DNA of 40,938 bases from the IMG/VR virus record IMGVR_UViG_3300032269_000201, positions 1-40,938 of that record; one strand, given 5' to 3'. Below, in pieces: positions 1 to 8,547 of the stretch. A model generated the notes under the pieces. It was not told where the DNA came from. It made no database searches and was given only the letters and a program-made list of their open reading frames with translations. This DNA is from a virus. Its lineage: Duplodnaviria; Caudoviricetes. Within the stretch, counting starts at the first letter, position 1. The number at the start of each line of letters is the position of its first letter. Position numbers and translations under genes: made by a program.

Positions 1-123
1 GACAGCATCACAAGGGGGTGCAACACTTCCTGTTGTGTGGCACTCGCTCGCTGCTCAACAAATAGCAATCCGTTACGGCGAGGTAAGCATGATTGCTGGA
101 CCGCCAGGGGCAGGCAAGTCAAC
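1..123 (+). repeat. Terminal direct repeat, left copy (circular assembly overlap)
   Basis: 1-123 is identical to 40816-40938 and falls inside the helicase ORF. Confidence 0.97.
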
Positions 124-754
124 GCTTGCTCTGTCCTTGGCAGTTCGGGCAAAAGTTCCTACGCTATACATCAGCGCTGATACACATTCACACACAATGA
201 GTCTTAGACTTCTTGCTTTGTTGACTGGGAAGCAACAGGCAGAAGTCGAACCTCTAATGGAAATGGACAGAGATTGGGCAGCACAAATGCTCAAGCCTGC
301 TGACCACATCTATTGGGAGTTTGATTCATCACCTACGCTTAAAGATATTGAGGATGCCGTACTCGCAACCAGAGAGCGCCTTGGTGAAGATGTGCGTTTG
401 ATTGTATTAGACAACGCCGTTGATGTAACGATGGAGTCGCAAGATGAATTTGGCGGGTTGCGTACTCTAATGAAGGAACTTAAATGGTGGGCAAGGGAAA
501 CTGGCGCTGCAGTAGTGGTTTGTCACCACACATCGGAGGGTGTCGCTGGTAACCCTTGCCCTCCACAAAGAGCATTACACGGCAAGGTCGCACAGACACC
601 ATCGCTTATCCTCACAGTTATTAATCAGATTTCTACGATGGGTGTGTGTGCTGTTAAGAATCGTTACGGACCCGCTGATGCAAATGGTGGCACACCAGTG
701 TGGCTTTCATACGACCCCGCAAGCATGCAAGTATTAGATGTAGGACAACCTTAG
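2..754 (+). CDS. DnaB/RecA-family replicative helicase, 3' part (gene begins at ATG 40790 across the join)
   Basis: Walker A GPPGAGKS, Walker B IVLDN, VVVCHH and KNRYG motifs; in frame with MRLLSRAIKTASQGG from 40790. Confidence 0.9.
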   Translation, partial: TASQGGATLPVVWHSLAAQQIAIRYGEVSMIAGPPGAGKSTLALSLAVRAKVPTLYISADTHSHTMSLRLLALLTGKQQAEVEPLMEMDRDWAAQMLKPADHIYWEFDSSPTLKDIEDAVLATRERLGEDVRLIVLDNAVDVTMESQDEFGGLRTLMKELKWWARETGAAVVVCHHTSEGVAGNPCPPQRALHGKVAQTPSLILTVINQISTMGVCAVKNRYGPADANGGTPVWLSYDPASMQVLDVGQP

Positions 755-763
755 GAGAATAAA

Positions 764-1096
764 ATGGGTGGAATGTTAATAGATAAACTTGATAGCCCTT
801 GGGAGTTATCAGTTGTAGAAAATGCTGGTGAAGTACCAGCCTCAGAAGTTAAAGATGAATTTGTTATTAAGACAGACAACTTTTTGATTGACATAAAGGC
901 ACAACTCATGTTGATGCCACGCGCACTTACATACACCGCTGGTTGGAGGGCACTTGTTTGGAAGAATAAAGAAACTGGTAGGTTCCAAGACCTCACGGAA
1001 GAAGAATATCAATCTTACATTGACGGAGGAATTGTTACTTACACCAGAGCGAATGGAAGCAGTGCTGAGCAGGTTGAAGGTACCTCAGGAAGTTAA
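764..1096 (+). CDS. Hypothetical protein
   Basis: AGGAG RBS before ATG; directly follows the helicase. Confidence 0.75.
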   Translation: MGGMLIDKLDSPWELSVVENAGEVPASEVKDEFVIKTDNFLIDIKAQLMLMPRALTYTAGWRALVWKNKETGRFQDLTEEEYQSYIDGGIVTYTRANGSSAEQVEGTSGS

Positions 1097-1370
1097 GGAC
1101 ATCATCATTGCTGAGTTGCCCAATGTACTTGAACAAGTAAATGAAGCATCACGGCAGGTGTATGACCCAAATAGTATTTGGTTAGATTCTATTCAGTTTG
1201 CTGATTATGTAAGCCAGTTTGCTAAACATTTATTGGAGCATCATGGTCCAGAATGTGTTGAAGATATAGCAATGAACTTAATAAATCTAGCAGAGTCTTT
1301 TAAAATCATGGGCGAGAGTGCCTTAAAAGTTATTGATGAGAGCGAGGCTATGGATGGCACACAGCAGTAA
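1053..1370 (+). CDS. Hypothetical acidic helical protein (start uncertain: 1032 TTG or 1053 ATG)
   Basis: Open frame fills the gap and overlaps the next start. Confidence 0.65.
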   Translation: MEAVLSRLKVPQEVKDIIIAELPNVLEQVNEASRQVYDPNSIWLDSIQFADYVSQFAKHLLEHHGPECVEDIAMNLINLAESFKIMGESALKVIDESEAMDGTQQ

Positions 1371-2088
1371 AGAAACATTATCAATTGGTTGGTGTGACAA
1401 TGGATTAACTGATGGTAAGTTTACCGAAGGTTTGATGTACACCACCATCACAGCACCAAGTCGTGGCATTGGTATCCACAACGCGGTGCGTGTACAGGGT
1501 AATCAGATTGGTCGCCAACGCCAAGCCTTGTTCGACATGTGGGCAGATAGTATTAAGACAGACTGGTTGCTATGGGTTGACTCAGACATCGTGCTAACCC
1601 TTGACATCCTTGAACTACTGTGGAATACAGCAGACAAGATTGCTCGCCCAGTTGTAAGCGGTGTGTATTTTATCTCTAAGCAGATGGAGTCATCGTTGAT
1701 GCAGCCTATGCCTGCTTTGTTTGATGAAGGTACTAATGAGTTTGAGATTAAGTACAAGCACCCACTACCTAAAGACCAAATCATTAAGGTTGATTGTGCT
1801 GGGCTTGGGCTTACGCTGATGCATAAATCAGTGGTACCTGCATTAAGACAGAAGTTTCCAGACCAGTCTATGTTCGCAGAGATTGAGAATGTAGGCGAGA
1901 AGTTTGTAGGTGAGGACATTGTGTTCTTCCGCAAACTAAAGGCAGCAGGTGTGCCAGTACACGCACACACTGGTGCTATTGCTAAACACATGAAGCGATT
2001 TGCTTATGATGAGAATTACTATGCACTGTACTGGCAAGCAGCACAAGCAGCAGCGAATCAGGAGAACAACAATGGACCACAAGGTTAA
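1354..2088 (+). CDS. GT-A fold (GT2-like) glycosyltransferase
   Basis: WLLWVDSD DxD motif, VVSGVY, AGLGLTL, GEDIVFF. Confidence 0.85.
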   Translation: MAHSSKETLSIGWCDNGLTDGKFTEGLMYTTITAPSRGIGIHNAVRVQGNQIGRQRQALFDMWADSIKTDWLLWVDSDIVLTLDILELLWNTADKIARPVVSGVYFISKQMESSLMQPMPALFDEGTNEFEIKYKHPLPKDQIIKVDCAGLGLTLMHKSVVPALRQKFPDQSMFAEIENVGEKFVGEDIVFFRKLKAAGVPVHAHTGAIAKHMKRFAYDENYYALYWQAAQAAANQENNNGPQG

Positions 2089-2395
2089 TAGAAACACAGT
2101 AATAATTGCACAAGCAGCAAGGCATACATCAAGAACTGCTGCACTAAAAGCATTACCGCGTACTGGTTCTTGGCGTGCAAAAGTTTACGAGTTTATTAAA
2201 CTGCAAGGTTTTAATGGGGCAACAGACCAAGAGATAGAATCTTTCTTAAGTCTCAATGGCAATACTGTACGCCCAACTCGCATGACATTATTAAAAGATG
2301 GGTTCATTGTTGATTCAGGTCGCACAAGAAAAAACATTAACGATAATGATTGCATCGTATGGATTTCTTCAACAGAGGAAGGCAAATTATTTTAA
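2072..2395 (+). CDS. Winged helix-turn-helix DNA-binding protein
   Basis: GATDQEIESFLSLNGNTVRPTRMTLLKDGFIVDSG pattern; AGGAG RBS at 2060. Confidence 0.75.
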   Translation: MDHKVNRNTVIIAQAARHTSRTAALKALPRTGSWRAKVYEFIKLQGFNGATDQEIESFLSLNGNTVRPTRMTLLKDGFIVDSGRTRKNINDNDCIVWISSTEEGKLF

Positions 2396-2760
2396 TGGTA
2401 ACACAACAAGCGAGTAACAAGCGTAGAGGTGCAGCCTTTGAGATTGATTTGGCTGACCACTTAGTAGAAAAAGAATACGATGCTCAACGCTTACCTCGTG
2501 CTGGTCGCAACGACATAGGTGATGTCTTTCTTAAGACAGTAAACGACATCTATGTTATAGAAGCCAAGGCTCCACGCAGGGATGGCAAGATTGATTTGTC
2601 TGGGTGGATTCGTGAGGCTTTAGTTGAGGCTGAGAACTACCGCATTGCTAAGAAATTAAAGGTGGCACCTACGCCATTGGTAATTATCAAGGCATCTAAC
2701 AAGGGCATTGAGGAATCCTATGTAGTCCAAAGGCTTAGTGATGCTCTTGCAAAACTCTAA
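2395..2760 (+). CDS. Holliday junction resolvase (Hjc-like PD-(D/E)XK)
   Basis: NKRRGAAFE...DIGD...VIEAK motifs; TAATG coupling to the upstream gene. Confidence 0.8.
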   Translation: MVTQQASNKRRGAAFEIDLADHLVEKEYDAQRLPRAGRNDIGDVFLKTVNDIYVIEAKAPRRDGKIDLSGWIREALVEAENYRIAKKLKVAPTPLVIIKASNKGIEESYVVQRLSDALAKL

Positions 2761-3118
2761 GCATGACTTGGGAAAAGTACTAGAACATTACGGCTTTGAT
2801 GTGCCCCAAAATAAAAGGGGTTGGGTGACTGTGCGCTGTGCGTTCCACGGTGATAGAGTTAAATCAGCCCGTCTTAATACACAAAACGGTGGGTTCAGAT
2901 GCTTCGGCTGCGACATGGCTGGCGATGTCTACTCAATTATTATGAAAAAAGAAGGAGTTACATTCAATGAGGCTAAGCAAATCGCAGAGAGAATTACTGG
3001 AGAGAGCAACGGAGAGTTACGCTCAAAACCTAGAGGAGATTCTTCCGTATCTGGAGAGTCGCGGTATAACAGAGGTGACAGCGCGTATGTTTCGCCTCGG
3101 CTTCGTAAAGAATCCTGA
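2738..3118 (+). CDS. DNA primase zinc-binding (CHC2) domain, stand-alone
   Basis: CAFHGD...S...FRCFGC...GDV motif. Confidence 0.85.
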   Translation: MMLLQNSKHDLGKVLEHYGFDVPQNKRGWVTVRCAFHGDRVKSARLNTQNGGFRCFGCDMAGDVYSIIMKKEGVTFNEAKQIAERITGESNGELRSKPRGDSSVSGESRYNRGDSAYVSPRLRKES

Positions 3119-3599
3119 GATAGGACACGAGCCATACATCGGTAAGTTATCTATTCCCTACCTAACACCTGCTGGAACCATTGACATACGCTTTCGTGCC
3201 TTAAGTCCTGATACTCCTGGACCTAAGTACATGTCAAGACCTGGAGCAACCACTCACATCTTTAATATCAACGCATTAAACAAAGACGATGACACCTTGG
3301 TTGTATGTGAAGGTGAACTTGACACAGTAGTAGCAACACAAGCGGGCTTCGCTGCTGTTGGTTTGCCAGGGGCTAACAACTGGAAACCTTTTTACTCACG
3401 AGTACTTGCTGATTGGAACAAAGTAATTCTGCTCTGCGATGGGGACAACGCTGGCAGGGAAATGGCTAAGAATCTAAGTAGAGAACTAGACAATGTATTC
3501 CCTGTGTTCATGCCTGAGGGTCAGGATGTTAACGATGTCTACCTAGCAGAAGGGGCAGACGGTTTGCGAAAGCGAGTCGGCGTGCTAATACATGGCTAA
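2967..3599 (+). CDS. DNA primase TOPRIM domain
   Basis: YLESRGI, PKY, VVCEGELD, DGDNAG, DVND; AAGGAG RBS at 2952. Confidence 0.92.
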   Translation: MRLSKSQRELLERATESYAQNLEEILPYLESRGITEVTARMFRLGFVKNPEIGHEPYIGKLSIPYLTPAGTIDIRFRALSPDTPGPKYMSRPGATTHIFNINALNKDDDTLVVCEGELDTVVATQAGFAAVGLPGANNWKPFYSRVLADWNKVILLCDGDNAGREMAKNLSRELDNVFPVFMPEGQDVNDVYLAEGADGLRKRVGVLIHG

Positions 3600-3978
3600 G
3601 AACTCATCGTTCGACCTAGACTTTGGATACGGTAGGAAGGGTGAGTTTTTAGTTGAAGAACTACTCACTGGTGGCAAGACAATTGAAGTTAAGCGGGACA
3701 GAAAGTGGAACAAGACTGACAATCTATACATAGAAGTTGAGTGTTGGTTTCTTAAGACAGAATCTTGGGCACCATCAGGTTTAATGGTAACTGAGGCAGC
3801 GTATTGGGCGTTCGTGTTGGAAAAGGGGGTACTCATGGTACCTACCGACCATGTACACTACGCAATAGAAAACTTTGGCAAAGAGATTACCTGTAACATT
3901 CCCCCGAATAAAAGCAAGGGGTTTCTCATTACAGTTGATAACTTACTAGAGGCAATGAGGCAGTTGAAGAATGAGTGA
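3592..3978 (+). CDS. Putative PD-(D/E)XK nuclease-fold protein
   Basis: FDLD..YG..GE, IEVKRD and NLYIE motifs. Confidence 0.6.
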   Translation: MAKNSSFDLDFGYGRKGEFLVEELLTGGKTIEVKRDRKWNKTDNLYIEVECWFLKTESWAPSGLMVTEAAYWAFVLEKGVLMVPTDHVHYAIENFGKEITCNIPPNKSKGFLITVDNLLEAMRQLKNE

Positions 3979-4624
3979 CGAGAAAGATTTATTGTGGGAG
4001 CAAGTATACAAAATTGCCCGCTTATCTGCCACTAGATGTGTGCGTATCCATCGCCATTTAGTTACCGTTGACGATGTGTACCAACACCTAAACCTATGGG
4101 CGCTGGAACATTGGCACAAAATTGAGGAGTGGGCAGGGCAAGACTCACTCGTATTCAAACTCAAGCGCACATTTAATAATGAATCACAGAAGTATGCTGC
4201 TAAAGAGAGGGCGCATAAAACTAAATCATCACCATCGGATGCTTTCTATTACACGCATGAAATCTTACAAGAGTTACTCAAAGATGTATGGAACTATGAG
4301 CAGTGGACAGTATCATCTGCGCCCAAGGATGAGTTCATCTCTACCTCAAGCAAGCCAAGTGAAGGCATGAATCGTGAGGCTATGTTAAGCGATGTGTCTT
4401 TCGGTCTTAAGAAACTAAATGAACAAGACAACTTGTTGCTTAATCGTAGGTTTGCCAATGGTGGTACCGATGTAGATGCCTTGGCTATTGAGTATTCGAT
4501 TAGTGATGAGGCAGTACGCAAGCGTGTATCTCGTGCGCTTACTAAGTTACAAGATAGACTAGGTGGCGAACAACCACAATGGAACAACCGCAGATACCGC
4601 AGACCAGACAAGGAGCAGGAATGA
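3971..4624 (+). CDS. Phage sigma-70-like factor
   Basis: DDVYQHL region-2-like segment; C-terminal region-4 HTH LAIEYSISDEAVRKRVSRALTKL. Confidence 0.75.
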   Translation: MSDEKDLLWEQVYKIARLSATRCVRIHRHLVTVDDVYQHLNLWALEHWHKIEEWAGQDSLVFKLKRTFNNESQKYAAKERAHKTKSSPSDAFYYTHEILQELLKDVWNYEQWTVSSAPKDEFISTSSKPSEGMNREAMLSDVSFGLKKLNEQDNLLLNRRFANGGTDVDALAIEYSISDEAVRKRVSRALTKLQDRLGGEQPQWNNRRYRRPDKEQE

Positions 4625-4746
4625 TAGTCACACATGAGTTTAATTGGCGCATGTTTTGTATTGGCGCAGTTCACTACAAGAATCTAAAATGTTTTGAGAT
4701 TTACCTTGGTTCGTTAGCCATTGGTATTTGGTGGGGTGTTAAATGA
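4621..4746 (+). CDS. Small hypothetical protein (41 aa, MIVTHEFNWRMFCIG...)
   Basis: Not in the ORF track; RBS present and ATGA overlaps at both ends. Confidence 0.7.
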   Translation: MIVTHEFNWRMFCIGAVHYKNLKCFEIYLGSLAIGIWWGVK

Positions 4747-5282
4747 TTATTGGATTGAGTGGGTACGCACAGTCAGGTAAAGATACAGTTGCTGAATTGT
4801 TATGTCTTAATTACAAATACAAACGGCGTTCTTTTGCTGACCCAATACGCCAAGCGTTACTAACTCTTAACCCTAAGTTGGATAGCATCACTCACATATC
4901 TGACTTAATACAAGATTACGGATGGGAAGTTGCTAAAAAGAATCCAGAAGTTCGCCGTCTATTACAGGTAATGGGTACTGAGGTTGGTCGCAAGATGTTT
5001 GGCGATAAGGTGTGGGTCAAGATGTTAATGGATGAATTAAACTATGAAGATAAAGTTGTAATTAGTGATGTTCGTTTTCCTAATGAGGCAGAGGCAATCA
5101 AAAAATTAGGTGGCTTTGTCTGGCGTATCAACCGACACAATCACAGCGCTGCTAATGGACACACAAGCGAGCATGCTATGGATAACTACATGTTTAATCA
5201 TGTTATCTATAACGATGGAACTATTGATGACTTAACTGATGAAGTCTTTATGCTTGCGATGGAACTGGGATTAGAAAAGTAA
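4743..5282 (+). CDS. Deoxynucleoside monophosphate kinase
   Basis: IIGLSGYAQSGKDT, SFADPI, RRLLQVMGTEVGR, ISDVRFPNE, HTSE. Confidence 0.93.
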   Translation: MIIGLSGYAQSGKDTVAELLCLNYKYKRRSFADPIRQALLTLNPKLDSITHISDLIQDYGWEVAKKNPEVRRLLQVMGTEVGRKMFGDKVWVKMLMDELNYEDKVVISDVRFPNEAEAIKKLGGFVWRINRHNHSAANGHTSEHAMDNYMFNHVIYNDGTIDDLTDEVFMLAMELGLEK

Positions 5283-5292
5283 TCTGACTTAA

Positions 5293-5384
5293 TACATAGA
5301 GAAACCCAGCAGGACAGGAGAGTACCGCTGGGCTTTTCTATGTACACCAACCTCTACGCTTCCCCTTCATAGGGGCTGGTGTAC
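5293..5384. terminator. Tandem hairpins between convergent operons (probable bidirectional terminator or structured RNA)
   Basis: 18-bp stem 5293-5310/5327-5344; second stem GTACACCA/TGGTGTAC 5342-5384 with inner CCCCT/AGGGG. Confidence 0.75.
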
Positions 5385-5393
5385 CAGATAATA

Positions 5394-5747
5394 CTAAACG
5401 CCATGCTTAGGTTCTGTCAAACCCCAACCAATCTGTCGGCGTATCTTGTGTCGCATGGGTGGTGTTGTCCCGCCCCACACCCCGTATCTTTCATGGGCTA
5501 ATCCCCACTCAAGGCAAGCCATCATAATCGGGCACTCGCTACACATGCGTTCGAACATGCTTTCCTCCTCGCGGGTGAACAACTCCTGCTGAGGGTAAAA
5601 CACCTCGGTATCTATGCCTTGGCAAGCAGCCTGTGACCAGATGCTAGGTCGGTACTTCAACACAAAACTTATTAGCCCCTTGTTGTAGCGGTTCTTACTA
5701 GAGTTTTCACTGACTATCTTATGAAACTCTGGTCTATTATTTTTCAT
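5394..5747 (-). CDS. whiB: WhiB-family transcriptional regulator
   Basis: W..QAAC...C..CP....CL and GVWGG turn; four conserved Cys. Confidence 0.95.
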   Translation of the reverse strand: MKNNRPEFHKIVSENSSKNRYNKGLISFVLKYRPSIWSQAACQGIDTEVFYPQQELFTREEESMFERMCSECPIMMACLEWGLAHERYGVWGGTTPPMRHKIRRQIGWGLTEPKHGV

Positions 5748-5750
5748 GTC

Positions 5751-6194
5751 TTAATACCAATTCTTTGCTAAGTGGTGCGCGTATGCCTTACAGATATTGC
5801 CCTTGCCATAGTGTCTGTCAATGTATTTAAGTCCAGCATCCACCTGCTCATAGCCGTTGATGGTTGGCTTAACTTTAATTAACTTCCATGTACTAGGTAG
5901 TAGTTGTGCTATGCCTAAGGCTTTGCTTGATTTGTTTAATGACTTTGGATTCCAAAGACTTTCTTTAGTCCAGAGTTCATAGAGGCATGGGTATTGTTCA
6001 AGGTTATCCTGCTTGGTTAGTTGGTCAATGGCGTAGCGTTGGTAATCGTTATGATAGTAAGCAATCACTTTTCCCTGTGGTGGTGATACAAACTGTTGCC
6101 CAGTTGGTGTCTTAAGAACTAAGATTAGTCCCAAGATTATTGCTGTAATTATCCATAATCTAGCGTGTGGATGAATGATTCTTAAATTGAGCAT
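5751..6194 (-). CDS. Membrane-anchored lytic transglycosylase (SLT/lysozyme-like, actinobacterial type)
   Basis: N-terminal hydrophobic helix, catalytic ES (KESLW), GIAQ, GLKYI..HYG, terminal NWY. Confidence 0.85.
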   Translation of the reverse strand: MLNLRIIHPHARLWIITAIILGLILVLKTPTGQQFVSPPQGKVIAYYHNDYQRYAIDQLTKQDNLEQYPCLYELWTKESLWNPKSLNKSSKALGIAQLLPSTWKLIKVKPTINGYEQVDAGLKYIDRHYGKGNICKAYAHHLAKNWY

Positions 6195-6357
6195 CTAGTT
6201 TTGCCTCTGCCTTCTCATGTAGGTATGTATCTATGGCTTGGTTGGATAGTTCATTGTGATTTAAGACACAAACATCACACATCTCAAGCATGTAGTTCAT
6301 AACTTTGGGGTTTATTACCATGATGTCGCACTTCAAACAAGGCATTAAGATTGTCAT
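6160..6357 (-). CDS. Hypothetical zinc-ribbon protein
   Basis: CxxC...CxxC; overlaps neighbouring genes. Confidence 0.7.
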   Translation of the reverse strand: MTILMPCLKCDIMVINPKVMNYMLEMCDVCVLNHNELSNQAIDTYLHEKAEAKLDAQFKNHSSTR

Positions 6358-6599
6358 AACAACACCTTGCTGTGTGGCTCAGTGTTATCTAACTTAAGAC
6401 AGAAATCATGTACTTCATCAAGCCAATCGGGTGATGTAATGAATCTGCCTTCTTTGTCCAGCCATGTAAGTTCGTAGCCATCAAGGTCATCCCAATGTAG
6501 GATAACTCGTACCTCTACGCCATCAATGGTGAGGTCAAAGTCCTTGTCATAGGCTGTGACTCCCTTATCCATAGCACCAACCATAATCTTGTGTGTCAT
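6354..6599 (-). CDS. Hypothetical early protein
   Basis: GGAG RBS; translational coupling. Confidence 0.75.
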   Translation of the reverse strand: MTHKIMVGAMDKGVTAYDKDFDLTIDGVEVRVILHWDDLDGYELTWLDKEGRFITSPDWLDEVHDFCLKLDNTEPHSKVLL

Positions 6600-6764
6600 T
6601 TACTGTTCTCCCATCTCATCGTGTAATCGGTCGGGGTCTGGTTCTCCACAATCGCAGTGACCGCAATCGCAATGCGACTCATTATCTTTTGCTTCGCATA
6701 CATCGCATGCTTGGTTGATACCCAGTGCTACATCATCTCCGTCTAGCCACATTGGTTCACTCAT
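6600..6764 (-). CDS. Small Cys-rich acidic protein (54 aa, MSEPMWLDGDD...)
   Basis: Translated by hand; GACAGGAGA RBS. Confidence 0.75.
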   Translation of the reverse strand: MSEPMWLDGDDVALGINQACDVCEAKDNESHCDCGHCDCGEPDPDRLHDEMGEQ

Positions 6765-6923
6765 TTAGTTTTCTCCTGTCTTTGTTAGCCATGCGTTCAT
6801 CGCTGACCATGAGTTGCCATCTTTGTTTGCTTTTGTTTCTGCCTTCTCTTGTGCTTCTGTTTCATCTGCTGCTGTTATGCGTAGCAATCGTTCTGACGAT
6901 AGTGCTACTAGATACTCTGGCAT
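6765..6923 (-). CDS. Small hypothetical protein (52 aa, MPEYLVALSSE...)
   Basis: Translated by hand; GACAGGAGA RBS; TAATG coupling. Confidence 0.75.
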   Translation of the reverse strand: MPEYLVALSSERLLRITAADETEAQEKAETKANKDGNSWSAMNAWLTKTGEN

Positions 6924-7111
6924 TACTTATCTCCTGTCTTAAGTGAGTCCTCTATAGTTCCGCCAATAACTCTGACATCATGGCAGTAACCAAGTTCGTT
7001 GCCACCCACCAATGGGTGTTCGCTGTCCTCTTGTACCAGTTCCATTGCCTCGGCAAGGCTCGATGCCTTAACGATGTAATCCACTTCGATAGTAACCTTG
7101 TAACTTCTCAT
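6923..7111 (-). CDS. Hypothetical protein (MRSYKVTIEV...)
   Basis: GACAGGAGA RBS before ATG 7111. Confidence 0.75.
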   Translation of the reverse strand: MRSYKVTIEVDYIVKASSLAEAMELVQEDSEHPLVGGNELGYCHDVRVIGGTIEDSLKTGDK

Positions 7112-7257
7112 TGCTTTTCTCCTGTCGTTAGTTTTTTTTCGCACTGTTCAAGTATGCCCTGCCAGTAATCAAAGTCCTCGTTATTGGTAGTGGCGTTTCT
7201 TTGTGACCTTGCTCTCTTTATCATGGTTTGGATTTGTTTGCGTTCGGTTGAGTTCAT
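7108..7257 (-). CDS. Small hypothetical protein (49 aa, MNSTERKQIQ...)
   Basis: Translated by hand; ATGA overlap with the next gene. Confidence 0.7.
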   Translation of the reverse strand: MNSTERKQIQTMIKRARSQRNATTNNEDFDYWQGILEQCEKKLTTGEKQ

Positions 7258-7267
7258 GTCTTAATAA

Positions 7268-7705
7268 CTAACCGTAAATCACTTCGCCAAGTACGGCTAC
7301 CTGTAGTACGGCATCACCGCAAATGGCATCGTAATCATCAAAGTCGTACAAGTCCATGTACACCTGTGTGTTGGCTATTGGTAAGGCTTTAAGTAACTCC
7401 TCAATACCGACAATCTTTTCTGTCTTAAGTAAAGTTATCTCGTCAATGGCAACGAGGCGCACCTTGCCTATCTTGTCCCAATCTGTGTCATCAAGGAACT
7501 CAACCTCGTACCAGTGGTTACCAAAAGAATCAAAGGCTGAACCAAAGACGGCATCCCATAATTCTTGTTTGTTAATCTCAACCTGTATGGTGGCTGTTGT
7601 TTCTGTCTTAAGAACTGATGAGATAAGCCGTGTCCCGTTCACATAACTAAAGGTGGCTGGGTCTACCTCGCTGTCAACCTCTGTTACTACTGTCCATGTG
7701 GTCAT
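7268..7705 (-). CDS. Hypothetical acidic early protein (MTTWTVV...)
   Basis: GACAGGAGA RBS before ATG 7705; the longer ORF-track start runs through a promoter. Confidence 0.8.
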   Translation of the reverse strand: MTTWTVVTEVDSEVDPATFSYVNGTRLISSVLKTETTATIQVEINKQELWDAVFGSAFDSFGNHWYEVEFLDDTDWDKIGKVRLVAIDEITLLKTEKIVGIEELLKALPIANTQVYMDLYDFDDYDAICGDAVLQVAVLGEVIYG

Positions 7706-7735
7706 TTGTTTTCTCCTGTCGTAGTTGGTAGTCGT

Positions 7736-7790
7736 AGTTAATCGGTTTGGTTTGTTGGTGTCAAGCATTTGCGATGTGATGTTGGTCACC
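7736..7790 (-). promoter_or_regulatory. Early promoter TTGACA-17-TTAACT with upstream CRP-like box
   Basis: -35 at 7764-7759; TGTGA-tgttgg-TCACC at 7775-7790. Confidence 0.75.
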
Positions 7791-7794
7791 TGTA

Positions 7795-7929
7795 TTAAGA
7801 CACATCATCAACTTGCCAACTCATTTGTAATTCATGGCAGCAATCCTCGCAGTAATCGCAGTCATGTTCGGCTCGGTCAATCTGTTCATCACAAGTTTTA
7901 CACTTGGTTAGTTCTGTCTTAAGACTCAT
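7795..7929 (-). CDS. Small Cys-rich protein (44 aa)
   Basis: AAGGAG RBS; CxxC motifs; stop codon lies inside the TGTCTTAA motif. Confidence 0.7.
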   Translation of the reverse strand: MSLKTELTKCKTCDEQIDRAEHDCDYCEDCCHELQMSWQVDDVS

Positions 7930-8123
7930 CTCTTTATCTCCTTTCCATGGTGGCAGTCGGTCAATGGTCGCAAGCAATCTCCGCACATTGGTTCTGTCTT
8001 AGGACAGTCGGCGTAAGGGAAATACTCCTGCTCCTCGCATGAGCACCAGTTAAAGCGCTCAACCTGTGTGGCGTGGGTAAGTTCGGCTAACTCGCCCCAT
8101 GAAATAGAATCTTGGTCGCTCAT
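7926..8123 (-). CDS. Hypothetical Cys-rich protein
   Basis: ATGA coupling on both sides. Confidence 0.7.
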   Translation of the reverse strand: MSDQDSISWGELAELTHATQVERFNWCSCEEQEYFPYADCPKTEPMCGDCLRPLTDCHHGKEIKR

Positions 8124-8281
8124 GGCAGTGGGTACCCTTCGGGGCAGTTGACTTGCTCAACTAAGCATGACTCTGGCGTATCCCAGATGCCTTGGTCATA
8201 AGAAACCTTGAACAATCCAATAAGTATTAAGACATAAATAACTATGGCTCTGACTTGCTTGCCTTTGCGTGTAAGTTTCAT
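8120..8281 (-). CDS. Small membrane protein (53 aa, MKLTRKGKQVRAIVIYVLILIGLF...)
   Basis: Translated by hand; basic N-terminus plus hydrophobic helix. Confidence 0.75.
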   Translation of the reverse strand: MKLTRKGKQVRAIVIYVLILIGLFKVSYDQGIWDTPESCLVEQVNCPEGYPLP

Positions 8282-8292
8282 GTCTTAAGTCA

Positions 8293-8547
8293 CTACCCTT
8301 CCAGCGTGTAGCATTTAGGGCAGAGGGTGAGTCCGTTATCCTCGCGCTGTTGATAGTTCTCTGTCCATTCTGAGCAACTTTCGCACATCTCGGCATCAAC
8401 TTCCTCGCTGCTTGGAATGATTGAAAGTTGGGCGGTGAACTCTTGAAAGATTTCATCTGCTGACATCTCATCGGCAGAATAAAACTCGTAGTTGATACTC
8501 TCGAAACTTGGTTCGTGTAGTATCTCTATGCTGTACTTGTGTGCCAT
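8293..8547 (-). CDS. Acidic protein with C-terminal zinc ribbon
   Basis: GACAGGAGA RBS; CESC...CPKC. Confidence 0.75.
   Translation of the reverse strand: MAHKYSIEILHEPSFESINYEFYSADEMSADEIFQEFTAQLSIIPSSEEVDAEMCESCSEWTENYQQREDNGLTLCPKCYTLEG

Noticed and set aside
5541-5566. LexA SOS box (TCGAAC)
   Set aside because: Only one good half-site, inside the whiB coding sequence
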